Assembly (NCBI GenBank): GCA_041658645.1
Contig: JBAZZV010000004.1
Span: forward strand, 112,552 to 176,551
DNA: 64,000 bases
Direction of reading: 5' to 3'
Source of the DNA: Candidatus Margulisiibacteriota bacterium
Lineage (GTDB): Bacteria > Margulisbacteria > WOR-1 > O2-12-FULL-45-9 > XYB2-FULL-48-7
A program made the position numbers and the translations under genes. The notes beneath the pieces are model-generated. The model was given only the letters and a program-made list of their open reading frames with translations, was not told where the DNA came from and did not search any database. Shown here one piece after another: positions 8,229 to 16,911 of this stretch (its first letter is position 1; every line of letters starts with the position of its first letter).

Positions 8229-8858
8229 ATGAAAAAACAATTATTGATTGGGTTGCTGGTCGCGGGGTTGGTCTTGCCGGGGTTGGCGTTCTGGGGTGCT
8301 GGGCAAACCTGTAAGGTGACGGCCGATACCTGGATCTATCAGTTCCGGCTTAATAAAAATTACGGGGATGGTTACGGCTGGAAAGATATTACCGGTCCGG
8401 TCGCGACCGCGACGCCACGCATTTTTATCGGCTGGGGAGGAAGCGACAAGAAGATCGGCCTGCTAAAGTTCGACCTGACCGGACTCAATAAAACTAAGCC
8501 GGTCAAGAGCGCCTCGGTCCTGCTCTACAATTGTTTTGCCGGTTCCGCTGCCGCCCAGCTGGTCGATGTTCGGATGATCACCGCCCCCTGGACAGAGAGC
8601 AAGGTTACTTATCAGAACAGGCCAAGTGCCGGCGCGGTCCTCTCGACCACCAATCTGCAGGGTTCGCGCAATTATAAAACAGAAGGAAAATGGTATAAGT
8701 TTGACGTCACCAAAGCGGCCCAGGCCTGGCAAAAAGGAACAGCCAATAACGGGGTCATGCTTGATCCACAGGGTGATGGGGGCGTTGATTTTGAGTTCGT
8801 CTGCAAGGAGTCGGCCGGCGGAGCGGAACGCGGTCCGAAGCTCGAGATCAACTACTAA
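8229..8858 (+). CDS. Secreted DNRLRE-domain-like protein
   Basis: 209 aa with a signal peptide. The pattern ADTWIY...LLKFDL...VKSASVLLY...APWTESKVTYQNRPS...KWYKFDVT...NNGVMLD is typical of DNRLRE domains. Confidence 0.7.
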   Translation: MKKQLLIGLLVAGLVLPGLAFWGAGQTCKVTADTWIYQFRLNKNYGDGYGWKDITGPVATATPRIFIGWGGSDKKIGLLKFDLTGLNKTKPVKSASVLLYNCFAGSAAAQLVDVRMITAPWTESKVTYQNRPSAGAVLSTTNLQGSRNYKTEGKWYKFDVTKAAQAWQKGTANNGVMLDPQGDGGVDFEFVCKESAGGAERGPKLEINY

Positions 8859-9466
8859 AAGACCGCCGTCGGTTTGCCGGGCTGGTGCTGGTCATAACGG
8901 ATCGCGCCCCAGTCGGCCAGTTGTTTAGTTTGTTTGGCTAGTCGGACCGACTTCTTGTAAGCCGGTGAGTTGATCTTGGCCAGCCACTCTTTCTTCTCTT
9001 TTTCTATGGAGACAAAGGCGATCTCGTGCATGGCGTAGCGCAGAATTCTTAAATAACGGTCGTAGGGCGGGACCGCTTTGTAAACGTAGATCAGGTCCAT
9101 TAACTCGCCTGTCCGCCGATATTTATGGTACCACTTGGTGGTGGCGAGCAGACGATGGGTGTAATAAATATTCCCGTAGATAGAACGAAAGCCGTAGCGG
9201 CCATTGCTGATGCCGGTCAGGTTATAGGTATTCTTGGGGTAGTGCCGGCCATAGCCGCTCTCCGCGCCGGATATTGCCACGTACAAGCGGTAATCGAGGC
9301 CGAAACGGTCGGCGCAATGGACGATCTCCTGGGTATGGCTGACCAGCGGACTGCCGGGATAGCGCTCCAGGAACTTTTTCAGTTTAACCGCCCGGAAATC
9401 TATGGCTGCGCCGGTTGAGACCAGCGCCAGGACCAATAATCCGGCCGTAATGAGCTTTTTGACCAT
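8855..9466 (-). CDS. Secreted protein, possibly a muramidase/glucosaminidase-like cell-wall hydrolase
   Basis: I trimmed ORF 8855..9679 to the internal ATG at 9466, which starts a signal peptide (MVKKLITAGLLVLALVSTGAA). The AISGAESGYG...NLTGI pattern loosely resembles glycosidase catalytic regions. The function call is weak. Confidence 0.55.
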   Translation of the reverse strand: MVKKLITAGLLVLALVSTGAAIDFRAVKLKKFLERYPGSPLVSHTQEIVHCADRFGLDYRLYVAISGAESGYGRHYPKNTYNLTGISNGRYGFRSIYGNIYYTHRLLATTKWYHKYRRTGELMDLIYVYKAVPPYDRYLRILRYAMHEIAFVSIEKEKKEWLAKINSPAYKKSVRLAKQTKQLADWGAIRYDQHQPGKPTAVF

Positions 9467-9494
9467 ATAGTTATCTCGTCCGACCGTGCCGTCG

Positions 9495-9523
9495 ATTTCA
9501 ACCTGACCATTATATGATATAAT
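9495..9523 (+). promoter_or_regulatory. Putative extended -10 promoter for trxA
   Basis: TGATATAAT lies at 9515..9523, with a weak -35 ATTTCA 17 nt upstream. RBS AGAGGTG precedes the ATG at 9543. Confidence 0.45.
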
Positions 9524-9542
9524 CTGCCCCAGAGGTGCAATT

Positions 9543-9860
9543 ATGGCTAAAGAAATTTCTGACGCGGATTTCCCAGTGGAAGTAGAACAAGCAAAAGGGG
9601 TCGCTTTTGTCGATTTTTGGGCGCCGTGGTGCGGGCCGTGCCTGAAGATGGCTCCGGTTTTCGAGAAGCTGGCGGCCAAATATCCTCAGATCAAATTCCG
9701 CAAGGTTAACACAACAGAACATATGCAAAAAGCCGGCCAATATGGGGTTAGCGGGATACCGTGCATAATCGTTTTCCGGGACGGGAAAGAGATCGACCGC
9801 CTGGTCGGATTCCGGCCGGAAGAGGCGTTTGAGGCGGAAGTGAAAAAATATGCGAAGTAA
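9543..9860 (+). CDS. trxA: Thioredoxin
   Basis: 105 aa with a WCGPC active site and typical length. Confidence 0.95.
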   Translation: MAKEISDADFPVEVEQAKGVAFVDFWAPWCGPCLKMAPVFEKLAAKYPQIKFRKVNTTEHMQKAGQYGVSGIPCIIVFRDGKEIDRLVGFRPEEAFEAEVKKYAK

Positions 9861-10272
9861 AACAAGCAGGTACCAGGGACTGGGGGCCAGGATATTATTA
9901 ATAGTATTACTGTTAGCTTCAGTCGCTTGGGCTGGGTCGAAGGCGCCGCAGGCGGCGTCAAATAATACCAACCTGGCAGCAGCCTTGAAGTCCGGCCAGC
10001 CGGTTATTGCCAAGCTGGGGGCTGACTGGTGTCCGCCCTGCCGGGCGATGAAGCCGGAGCTTAAGGCGCTGGCGGCCGAACAGCAAGGGAAGATCGTTGT
10101 CCTTGATCTCGATATCGACCAGAATCGCCAGTTGGCCAGGGAATACAAGGTTAACCTGATCCCTACAACTTTGTTCTATTCGAAGTCCGGCCAATTTAAA
10201 GATAAAAAGACCGGCTTTATGTCCAAGACGGAATTGCTGGCCAAGGCCCGGGAGCTCGGCCTGGTCAAATAA
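9850..10272 (+). CDS. Exported thioredoxin-fold thiol:disulfide oxidoreductase (TlpA/ResA-like)
   Basis: 140 aa with a signal peptide ending AWA and a WCPPC motif. It overlaps trxA by 11 nt. Confidence 0.85.
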   Translation: MRSKTSRYQGLGARILLIVLLLASVAWAGSKAPQAASNNTNLAAALKSGQPVIAKLGADWCPPCRAMKPELKALAAEQQGKIVVLDLDIDQNRQLAREYKVNLIPTTLFYSKSGQFKDKKTGFMSKTELLAKARELGLVK

Positions 10273-10935
10273 ATGGACTTCGGCAATCCACTTCTGGCTT
10301 ATCTGGCCGCCTTTACGGCCGGAGTCCTTTCTTCCGCCAGCCCCTGCGTGTTGGCGGTCATTCCCCTGATCATCGGTTATGTCGGCGGCTATTCGGAAGG
10401 CGATTGGAGACGGTCGGCGCTCTATTCCGGCCTTTTTTCGGTCGGTCTGGCCGTGACTTTCAGTCTTCTGGGGGTGATCGCCGGCCTGACCGGTTCTTTG
10501 GTCGGCGATATTGGGGTTTATTGGAAATATCTCGTAGCGGCAGTCGCGATCGTGATGGGGCTCCAACTTCTCGGCTTGTTCCAGCTTCCTTCATTCGGAG
10601 TAGGGCAGAGTGGCCGCTTTAAACCGAAAGGGTTGTGGGGGGCACTGGCGCTTGGTCTCCTTTTTGGCCTGGTCATCTCTCCCTGTGCGACCCCCTTCCT
10701 GGCCATAGTTCTGGCCTATGTTGCTGCCAAGCAAAACACGATTTATGCCGGCACGGTCCTTTTTGCTTATTCGCTGGGTTATACGGCGGTGATCTTTATC
10801 TGCGGCCTATCGACCGGCATTGCCGGCGCGGTCCTCCGCTCGGAAAAGCTGCAAAAAGGTTATGAACTGGTCAGGAAAGCGAGCGGCCTCATCCTGGTCC
10901 TGGCCGGGCTATATTATTTAATTAACGGACACTAA
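10273..10935 (+). CDS. ccdA: Cytochrome c biogenesis-type thiol-reductant transporter CcdA (DsbD family)
   Basis: 220 aa and polytopic. Conserved Cys are in SPCVLAVIPL and SPCATPFL. The start abuts the stop of the upstream gene. Confidence 0.9.
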   Translation: MDFGNPLLAYLAAFTAGVLSSASPCVLAVIPLIIGYVGGYSEGDWRRSALYSGLFSVGLAVTFSLLGVIAGLTGSLVGDIGVYWKYLVAAVAIVMGLQLLGLFQLPSFGVGQSGRFKPKGLWGALALGLLFGLVISPCATPFLAIVLAYVAAKQNTIYAGTVLFAYSLGYTAVIFICGLSTGIAGAVLRSEKLQKGYELVRKASGLILVLAGLYYLINGH

Positions 10936-10978
10936 AAAGTTAATTGCCCGCGTCCCGTTTTCGCGTTATAATCACTTC

Positions 10979-12379
10979 GTGCAGATCGTTCTGGCCGGTT
11001 ATAACCTTGACGCCGAAGTCCTGGCTGAATTATTGCAAGCCGCCCCCCGCGCGGATGCCACGCCGGAGACCCTCTCGGCCGCTTACGCCCGGATCTCCCG
11101 CGATCCCCGGCCAATCACCGAGTTGCGCCGGGCGGCCCGCCAGGAAGTGGAGAAAGCGCGCCGCAGTAACGCCAATATCATTTTCAAGATGGGGCACCAT
11201 TCGGTGGCCGAACATGCCGTTTTTAATTTTGACCTGATCGATGTCTCCCGCCTGGCCCTGGAGGAGATCGAGAAATTCCGCCTCTGTTCCTATACGGAAA
11301 AATCACAACGCTACCAGAAGCTCGAGGGCAACTTTATCGTTCCGGAAGAAATACGAACCACGAACCACGAACCACTATTCACGTCCCTTCTCGCCAAGCA
11401 GAATAAATATTATGGGGAACTCCTCGCGCGGGGGATCGAGGCGGAGGACGCCCGCTACGTGACCCCCCTGGCCACGACCGGCCAGGTCGGGATGACGCTT
11501 AATGCCCGCAACCTGGAACTCCTGCTCCGCCGTTTTGCTTCGAGCCAGTTGGCGGAAGTTCGCCAGATCGGGCAAACCATGTATGAACTCGTCTCGAAGA
11601 TCGCTCCGTCGATCATCCTCTTTACCGCGGCCAACGATTTTGACGGCAAGACCTACGCGGAGTTAAGGGCTGGGGTTAAGGGGAACCGGAAAAGAAAACT
11701 CTCTGCCCGCTGTCAGTTGGTCGATTATACCAGGGATGCCGACCTAAAATTGATCGCCGCGCTCCTGCACACTTCGACCGGGACATCTTTTATCAATTGC
11801 CGCCGGCTGGCGAAAGCGCTGTCCAAAAAGGAGCGGCTGGAGTTCGTCAAAAAAGCCTGCCGTCATATGGAATTCTACGATTCGACTTTGCGCGAGTTTG
11901 AACATGTCGTCCTGACTTATGACCTGGTCATGTCCTCCAGTTGTTTCGGCCAGATGAAGCGGCACCGCCTGGCGACGATCACCAGCCAGCCTTACCAGGT
12001 CGAGTTGGGAGTGACCGTCCCGCCCAAACTGCGGGCGGCGGGTGAAGAAAATAATTATTTGCGATTGATGGCGGAGACGGAAGAAGTTTTCCGTCAACTG
12101 GCCGCAACCGTGCCGGCGGCGGCCCCCTACGTCCTGACCGGCGCCCACCGCAAACGTTCCCTGCTGACCGTCAATGCCCGGGAGCTTTACCATATCTCGC
12201 GCCTGCGCGAAGATAGCCATGCCCAGTGGGAGATCCGCGAGGTCAGCGCCGAGCTGACCCAGTTCGCCCGGCGGGTCATGCCGCTGACGATGCTGACCAT
12301 TGGCGGCAAAGATAGTTACGTCGCTGTTTACCGGCAGGTCTTTGGCCGGGAGCCGAAGATCGCGCCGCCGAAAGAGTAA
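10979..12379 (+). CDS. thyX: FAD-dependent thymidylate synthase ThyX, double-length (two fused ThyX-like halves)
   Basis: 466 aa with a GTG start. Half 1 has HHSVAEHAVFNF and SQRYQ. Half 2 has RHRLATITSQ and NARELYHISRLR. Confidence 0.85.
   Translation: MQIVLAGYNLDAEVLAELLQAAPRADATPETLSAAYARISRDPRPITELRRAARQEVEKARRSNANIIFKMGHHSVAEHAVFNFDLIDVSRLALEEIEKFRLCSYTEKSQRYQKLEGNFIVPEEIRTTNHEPLFTSLLAKQNKYYGELLARGIEAEDARYVTPLATTGQVGMTLNARNLELLLRRFASSQLAEVRQIGQTMYELVSKIAPSIILFTAANDFDGKTYAELRAGVKGNRKRKLSARCQLVDYTRDADLKLIAALLHTSTGTSFINCRRLAKALSKKERLEFVKKACRHMEFYDSTLREFEHVVLTYDLVMSSSCFGQMKRHRLATITSQPYQVELGVTVPPKLRAAGEENNYLRLMAETEEVFRQLAATVPAAAPYVLTGAHRKRSLLTVNARELYHISRLREDSHAQWEIREVSAELTQFARRVMPLTMLTIGGKDSYVAVYRQVFGREPKIAPPKE
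11353..11375. repeat. (ACGAACC)x3 heptamer array in frame in thyX
   Basis: ACGAACCACGAACCACGAACCAC is identical as a 23-mer to 28274..28296 in hisF. It encodes RTTNHEP. Confidence 0.9.
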
Positions 12380-12397
12380 GCGGAGGTGAAAAAATAA

Positions 12398-12520
12398 ATG
12401 AATACCGGTATCACTATCACCCTGATCATTTGCGGGACGATCGTCCTGGTCACCATTATCGCGCTGCTCTTTACCATGTGGGTCATTACCAAAGGGATCG
12501 CCATGAGTGAAAGGAAGTAA
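12398..12520 (+). CDS. 40-aa single-pass membrane peptide (below the ORF-track cutoff)
   Basis: The ATG is preceded by GGAGGTG 8 nt upstream. Sequence is MNTGITITLIICGTIVLVTIIALLFTMWVITKGIAMSERK. The TAA at 12518..12520 directly abuts the GH57 ATG at 12521. Confidence 0.55.
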   Translation: MNTGITITLIICGTIVLVTIIALLFTMWVITKGIAMSERK

Positions 12521-14698
12521 ATGACCAGCCAACCCGTCTCCCTGGCCATTCTTTGGCATATGCACCAGCCGTTCTACAAGGACCTGGTAACGGGCGAGTA
12601 TATCCTCCCCTGGGTCCGCCTCCACGCGGTCAAGGATTATTACGACATGGTGGCGATCCTCGACCGCTTCCCCGAAGTGCGGATGACCTTTAACCTGGTC
12701 CCGTCGCTGATGAGCCAGATTGAGGACTACGTTAATAATAAAGTATCTGACCGCTTCCTCGATCTGACCCTGAAAGAGCCGGCCGACCTGACCCTGGACG
12801 AAAAGGTTTTTATTCTGCAGAATTTTTTCATGGCCAACTGGGATAACATGGTCAACTGTTATCCCCGCTACCATGACCTCCTCCTCAAACGCGGCCGTTT
12901 TGTCGCCCCCGCCGAGCTGGTCCGGGTCGCCCGGCGCTTTTCCGCCCAGGAATTAATGGACATTCAAGTTTGGTTCAACCTGACCTGGTTTGGCTTTATC
13001 TCTAAGACGGAGGATCCGGTCATTCGCTCCCTGATCGCCAAAGGGAAATACTTTACCGCCCAGGACAAACAACTGGTCATTGCCAAACAATTTGAGGTGA
13101 TGGGGAAGATCCTGCCGAAATACCGTGAACTGGCCGGGCGGGGGCAGATTGAGCTGACCACGACCCCGTTCTACCATCCGATCCTGCCGCTCCTCTGCGA
13201 CAACGCCGTCGCCCGGGAGGCGATGCCGTTTATTAAACTGCCGGAGGCTCCGTTCCGCCATCCCGAGGACGCGGAGACCCAGATCCGCCTGGCGGTCGAG
13301 TACCATGAACAGCGTTTTGGCGTTAAACCGAACGGGATGTGGCCGTCGGAAGGTTCGGTCTCGGAAGAGATCATCCCGCTGGTCGCTAAGTATGGGATCA
13401 AATGGTTGGCGACCGATGAGGCGATACTCGAGCGCTCGGTCCACAAGATCGAAATGCGTTCGCGCACCCTGTCGGCGGTCGAGCTCTGCCAGCCGTACCT
13501 GGTGGAGAAGGACGGCTGTCAAGTGGCGATGATCTATCGCAACCACTTTATTTCCGACCAGGTCGGTTTTGTCTATTATCGCTGGCCGGAGCACCAGGCG
13601 TTGGATGACTTTGCCGGCCATCTCAACAACATCCGGATCAGCCTGCCGGAAGACGGGCGGCGCTATCTGGTCCCCGTTATCCTCGATGGTGAGAACGCCT
13701 GGGAATATTATCCCGGCGGCGGCAAGAGCTTTCTGGAAGCTTTCTATCATAAGCTGGCTAGTAACTCCCAGGTCAAGACGGTCCGCGTCTCCGACTACCT
13801 GGCTGAAAATCCGCCCCAGAAAAAGTTGAGCCGCCTTTTTGCCGGTTCCTGGATCAATAACAATTTCAAGATCTGGATCGGCCACGACGAGGATAACCTG
13901 GCCTGGGATTACCTGAACCGGGCCCGCCTGGCCCTGCAAGGGATCGACAACCCAACCGCCTGGCAGGAACTCTACATTGCCGAAGGGTCCGACTGGTGCT
14001 GGTGGTACGGCGACGACCATTCTTCGGAGAACGACGCGGCCTTTGACGCCCTCTTCCGCAAGCATTTACAGAACATCTACCACCTGATCGGCCGCCAGCC
14101 GCCGAAATATCTGGATACGCCGATCAAACAGCTTAGCCAGGTCCGGCCGATCAAGGAGCCGGTCTTCCTGATCCAGCCGGAGCTCGACGGCGAGATCACC
14201 AATTATTATGAGTGGCTCCCCGCCGGTTGCTTTGACATCACCAAGGCGCGCGGGGCGATGCACCAGATCGAGACGCTGCTGAAGGAAATATATTATGGCT
14301 TCAGCCGGAGCGATCTCTACGTCCGCCTTGGCGTCAATGTTTTCCTGCGCAGCGCGGAAGCCCGTTCGTTTTCCTTTGCCGTCTTGGTCCACGGGCAGCC
14401 GGAACGGAAAGCCGAGCTCTCATTTGACGGAGATAAGAACCGTTTTGTCTTTAAACTTTTCTGGCTGGGGGAGGACCACACCTGGTTGGAGGAGCGGGAG
14501 TTGGCGTCGTTTGGCGTCGGTCGGATCATTGAATTAGGGGTCCCTTTTACCGCTCTGGAGGCCAAGCCGGGCGATCGGCTCGAGTTCACCGTCGTCGTTT
14601 ACAAAGAGGGGCAGGAAGTGGAACGCTGGCCGAAGGGCGGGGGGATTAGCGTGGCCGTTCCAACCGAGACTTACGAAGAGGAGCAATGGTACGTTTAA
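12521..14698 (+). CDS. Glycoside hydrolase family 57 protein (alpha-amylase/amylopullulanase-like)
   Basis: 725 aa with the N-terminal GH57 signature ILWHMHQPFYKD and GH57-conserved blocks such as WPSEGSVS and ILDGENAWEYY. Confidence 0.9.
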   Translation: MTSQPVSLAILWHMHQPFYKDLVTGEYILPWVRLHAVKDYYDMVAILDRFPEVRMTFNLVPSLMSQIEDYVNNKVSDRFLDLTLKEPADLTLDEKVFILQNFFMANWDNMVNCYPRYHDLLLKRGRFVAPAELVRVARRFSAQELMDIQVWFNLTWFGFISKTEDPVIRSLIAKGKYFTAQDKQLVIAKQFEVMGKILPKYRELAGRGQIELTTTPFYHPILPLLCDNAVAREAMPFIKLPEAPFRHPEDAETQIRLAVEYHEQRFGVKPNGMWPSEGSVSEEIIPLVAKYGIKWLATDEAILERSVHKIEMRSRTLSAVELCQPYLVEKDGCQVAMIYRNHFISDQVGFVYYRWPEHQALDDFAGHLNNIRISLPEDGRRYLVPVILDGENAWEYYPGGGKSFLEAFYHKLASNSQVKTVRVSDYLAENPPQKKLSRLFAGSWINNNFKIWIGHDEDNLAWDYLNRARLALQGIDNPTAWQELYIAEGSDWCWWYGDDHSSENDAAFDALFRKHLQNIYHLIGRQPPKYLDTPIKQLSQVRPIKEPVFLIQPELDGEITNYYEWLPAGCFDITKARGAMHQIETLLKEIYYGFSRSDLYVRLGVNVFLRSAEARSFSFAVLVHGQPERKAELSFDGDKNRFVFKLFWLGEDHTWLEERELASFGVGRIIELGVPFTALEAKPGDRLEFTVVVYKEGQEVERWPKGGGISVAVPTETYEEEQWYV

Positions 14699-14699
14699 C

Positions 14700-14734
14700 A
14701 ACATCCAACTTCAAACATCAAACTTCAAAAACAA
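14700..14734. repeat. Heptamer array AACATCC AACTTCA AACATCA AACTTCA AAAACAA
   Basis: It fills the spacer between the two GH57 genes. It shares the 17-mer AACATCCAACTTCAAAC with the reverse complement of 61945..61961. Confidence 0.85.
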
Positions 14735-14752
14735 GGAGTTCGATTATTTAAA

Positions 14753-16909
14753 ATGAAGAAAGTTAAGTTCCTGTTCGGGATCCATTGTCATCAGCCGGTC
14801 GGTAATTTTGAGCACGTCATGGACGAGTCGTATGAGAAGTCGTACCTCCCGTTCATCCAGGCGATGGACGCTCATCCCAGGGTCAAGTTCGCTATCCATT
14901 ACAGCGGCATTCTCTACGACTGGTTCCTGGACAAGCATCCGGAGTTCATCGATTACCTCAAAAAGCTGGTCAAACGGGGCCAGGCCGAGATCATGACCGC
15001 CGGCTACTACGAGCCGATCATCCCGATCATTCCGGACGAAGATAAGCTCGGGCAGATTACCCGCTCCAACGAGTTCATCAAGGAGAAGTTCGGGGTCGCC
15101 CCGCGCGGCCTCTGGCTGACCGAGCGGATCTGGGAGCCGCACCTGCCCAAGATCCTGGCCCAGGCCGGCATAGAATATGTGATGGTCGACGATCAGCATT
15201 TTATTTCGGCCGGGGTCCCCCCGGAAAAATTACTGGGGCATTACATTACCGAAGAGGAGGGGGCGACCCTCAAGATATTTCCCATCAACAAGACGCTGCG
15301 CTACCTGATCCCGTTCAAGCTCCCCGAAGAGACGATCAATTATCTCCGCTCGATCGCGACCGAAGACGGGCGGAACGCCGGGATATTGGCCGATGACGGC
15401 GAGAAATTCGGGGTCTGGCCGGGGACCCATAAATGGGTGTTCGAAGAGGGGTATCTGGAAAAACTGCTGACCAGGCTGGAAGATAACTCGGAATGGATCG
15501 AGTCTATGACTTTTTCCGAATATTTGGAAGAAGTGCCGCCGCAGGCGCGCATCTATCTGCCGACCGCCTCTTATTTTGAAATGATGGAGTGGTCATTGCC
15601 GACCGAATCGGGCCGCCGCCTGGCCAAGATCACGGCCGAGCTCAAGCAGCAGGGTAAATTCGAGGAGTACAGCCAGTTCTTTAAGGGGGGCTTTTTCCGC
15701 AACTTCTTCGTCAAATATCCGGAATCGAACAACATGCACAAGAAAATGCTGCAGGTCAGCCAACGACTGCAAACCCTGAAAAAAGGGAAATCGCTGATCG
15801 GCGAAAGTGAACGGGAAAGCCGGCTCAAAGAGGCGCAGGCGGAACTCTATAAGGGGCAATGTAACTGCGCTTACTGGCACGGGGTCTTTGGCGGCCTCTA
15901 CCTGAATTATCTCCGCCACGCGGTTTACGAACATTTGATCAAGGCGGAGAACCTGCTCGATAAATACGCCCGGGCCAAGGATGATTACGCCGAGATCGCC
16001 GTGACCGATTTTGATAAAGACGGTTTTGACGAGGTGATCCTCTCCAATAACCTGCTCAACCTTTATTTTTCGCCGAACTACGGCGGGGCGCTGTTTGAGC
16101 TGGATTATAAACCAAAGGCGTTCAACCTGATCAATACCCTGGCCCGGCGGGAAGAGACCTATCATCACAAACTGCGCGAGGCGCCTAACGCGCCGGGGAG
16201 CCACAGCGGCGCGGGGACAGCCTCGATCCATGAGATCGTCGCCGCCAAGGAAGAGGGCCTGGACCGGGCGCTTAATTACGACTGGCATCGCCGGCTTTGT
16301 TTCCTCGACCATTTCCTGGCCGAGGGGACGACTTTTGAATCATATCGCCGGGCGAGCTATCACGAGGTCGGGGACTTCACGATCAGGCCGTACGAGTTCA
16401 TGCCCAAACGGCGGGGGAGCGAGACCGCGCTGGTCCTGCGCCGGCTGGGGAAGGTCCACGGCCAGCCGGTCAAAGTGGAGAAAGAGGTCACTTTTTACGC
16501 CCGGCAATCGATCGTGACCGTGGAGTATCAGATAACCAATCAGGGAAAAGAGCCGCTGCAGGCCTGGTTCGGGATCGAATCGAACATCAATTTATTGGCC
16601 GGACGGGCGGACGATCGCTATTATGAGATAGCAGGGGTTGACCTGACCGACCGGGCCCTGGCTAGCGTCGGAGAAAATGACGCGGTGCGGGTGGTCAAGT
16701 TCGTTGACAAGTGGAAAGGCTTTAGTGTATCATTTGACTCAAGTCAACCGGCGCTTTTGTGGCGCTTCCCGATCGAGACCGTCTCGCAATCCGAGTCTGG
16801 TTTTGAGAAGAATTTTCAGGGTTCATCCTTGCTCCACAGCTGGCGATTGGCGCTCGCCCCGGATGAGAAGTGGCACGTCAAGATAGTTTTACGCATTGAG
16901 GAGGGTTAA
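14753..16909 (+). CDS. Glycoside hydrolase family 57 protein (4-alpha-glucanotransferase/amylase-like with C-terminal beta domains)
   Basis: 718 aa with FGIHCHQPVGNF, GLWLTERIWEP and DDGEKFGVWPGT blocks typical of GH57. Confidence 0.9.
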   Translation: MKKVKFLFGIHCHQPVGNFEHVMDESYEKSYLPFIQAMDAHPRVKFAIHYSGILYDWFLDKHPEFIDYLKKLVKRGQAEIMTAGYYEPIIPIIPDEDKLGQITRSNEFIKEKFGVAPRGLWLTERIWEPHLPKILAQAGIEYVMVDDQHFISAGVPPEKLLGHYITEEEGATLKIFPINKTLRYLIPFKLPEETINYLRSIATEDGRNAGILADDGEKFGVWPGTHKWVFEEGYLEKLLTRLEDNSEWIESMTFSEYLEEVPPQARIYLPTASYFEMMEWSLPTESGRRLAKITAELKQQGKFEEYSQFFKGGFFRNFFVKYPESNNMHKKMLQVSQRLQTLKKGKSLIGESERESRLKEAQAELYKGQCNCAYWHGVFGGLYLNYLRHAVYEHLIKAENLLDKYARAKDDYAEIAVTDFDKDGFDEVILSNNLLNLYFSPNYGGALFELDYKPKAFNLINTLARREETYHHKLREAPNAPGSHSGAGTASIHEIVAAKEEGLDRALNYDWHRRLCFLDHFLAEGTTFESYRRASYHEVGDFTIRPYEFMPKRRGSETALVLRRLGKVHGQPVKVEKEVTFYARQSIVTVEYQITNQGKEPLQAWFGIESNINLLAGRADDRYYEIAGVDLTDRALASVGENDAVRVVKFVDKWKGFSVSFDSSQPALLWRFPIETVSQSESGFEKNFQGSSLLHSWRLALAPDEKWHVKIVLRIEEG

Positions 16910-16911
16910 GC

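Noticed and set aside
9467-9679. N-terminal 71-aa extension of ORF 8855..9679.
   Set aside because: The extension overlaps trxA and its promoter on the other strand. An internal ATG at 9466 starts a canonical signal peptide, so I trimmed the gene to 8855..9466.
9510-10566. Minus-strand ORFs 9510..10148 (212 aa) and 9958..10566 (202 aa).
   Set aside because: They are antisense to the trxA, TlpA-like and ccdA genes, all of which have clear active-site motifs.
11744-12874. 376-aa minus-strand ORF spanning the thyX 3' end and the GH57 5' end.
   Set aside because: It is antisense to two genes with clear family motifs. The sequence is low-complexity and Arg/Gly/Pro/Asp-rich, as is typical of shadow ORFs in GC-rich DNA.
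12953-14065. 370-aa minus-strand ORF.
   Set aside because: It is fully antisense to the GH57 gene at 12521..14698 and has no motifs. I treat it as a shadow ORF.
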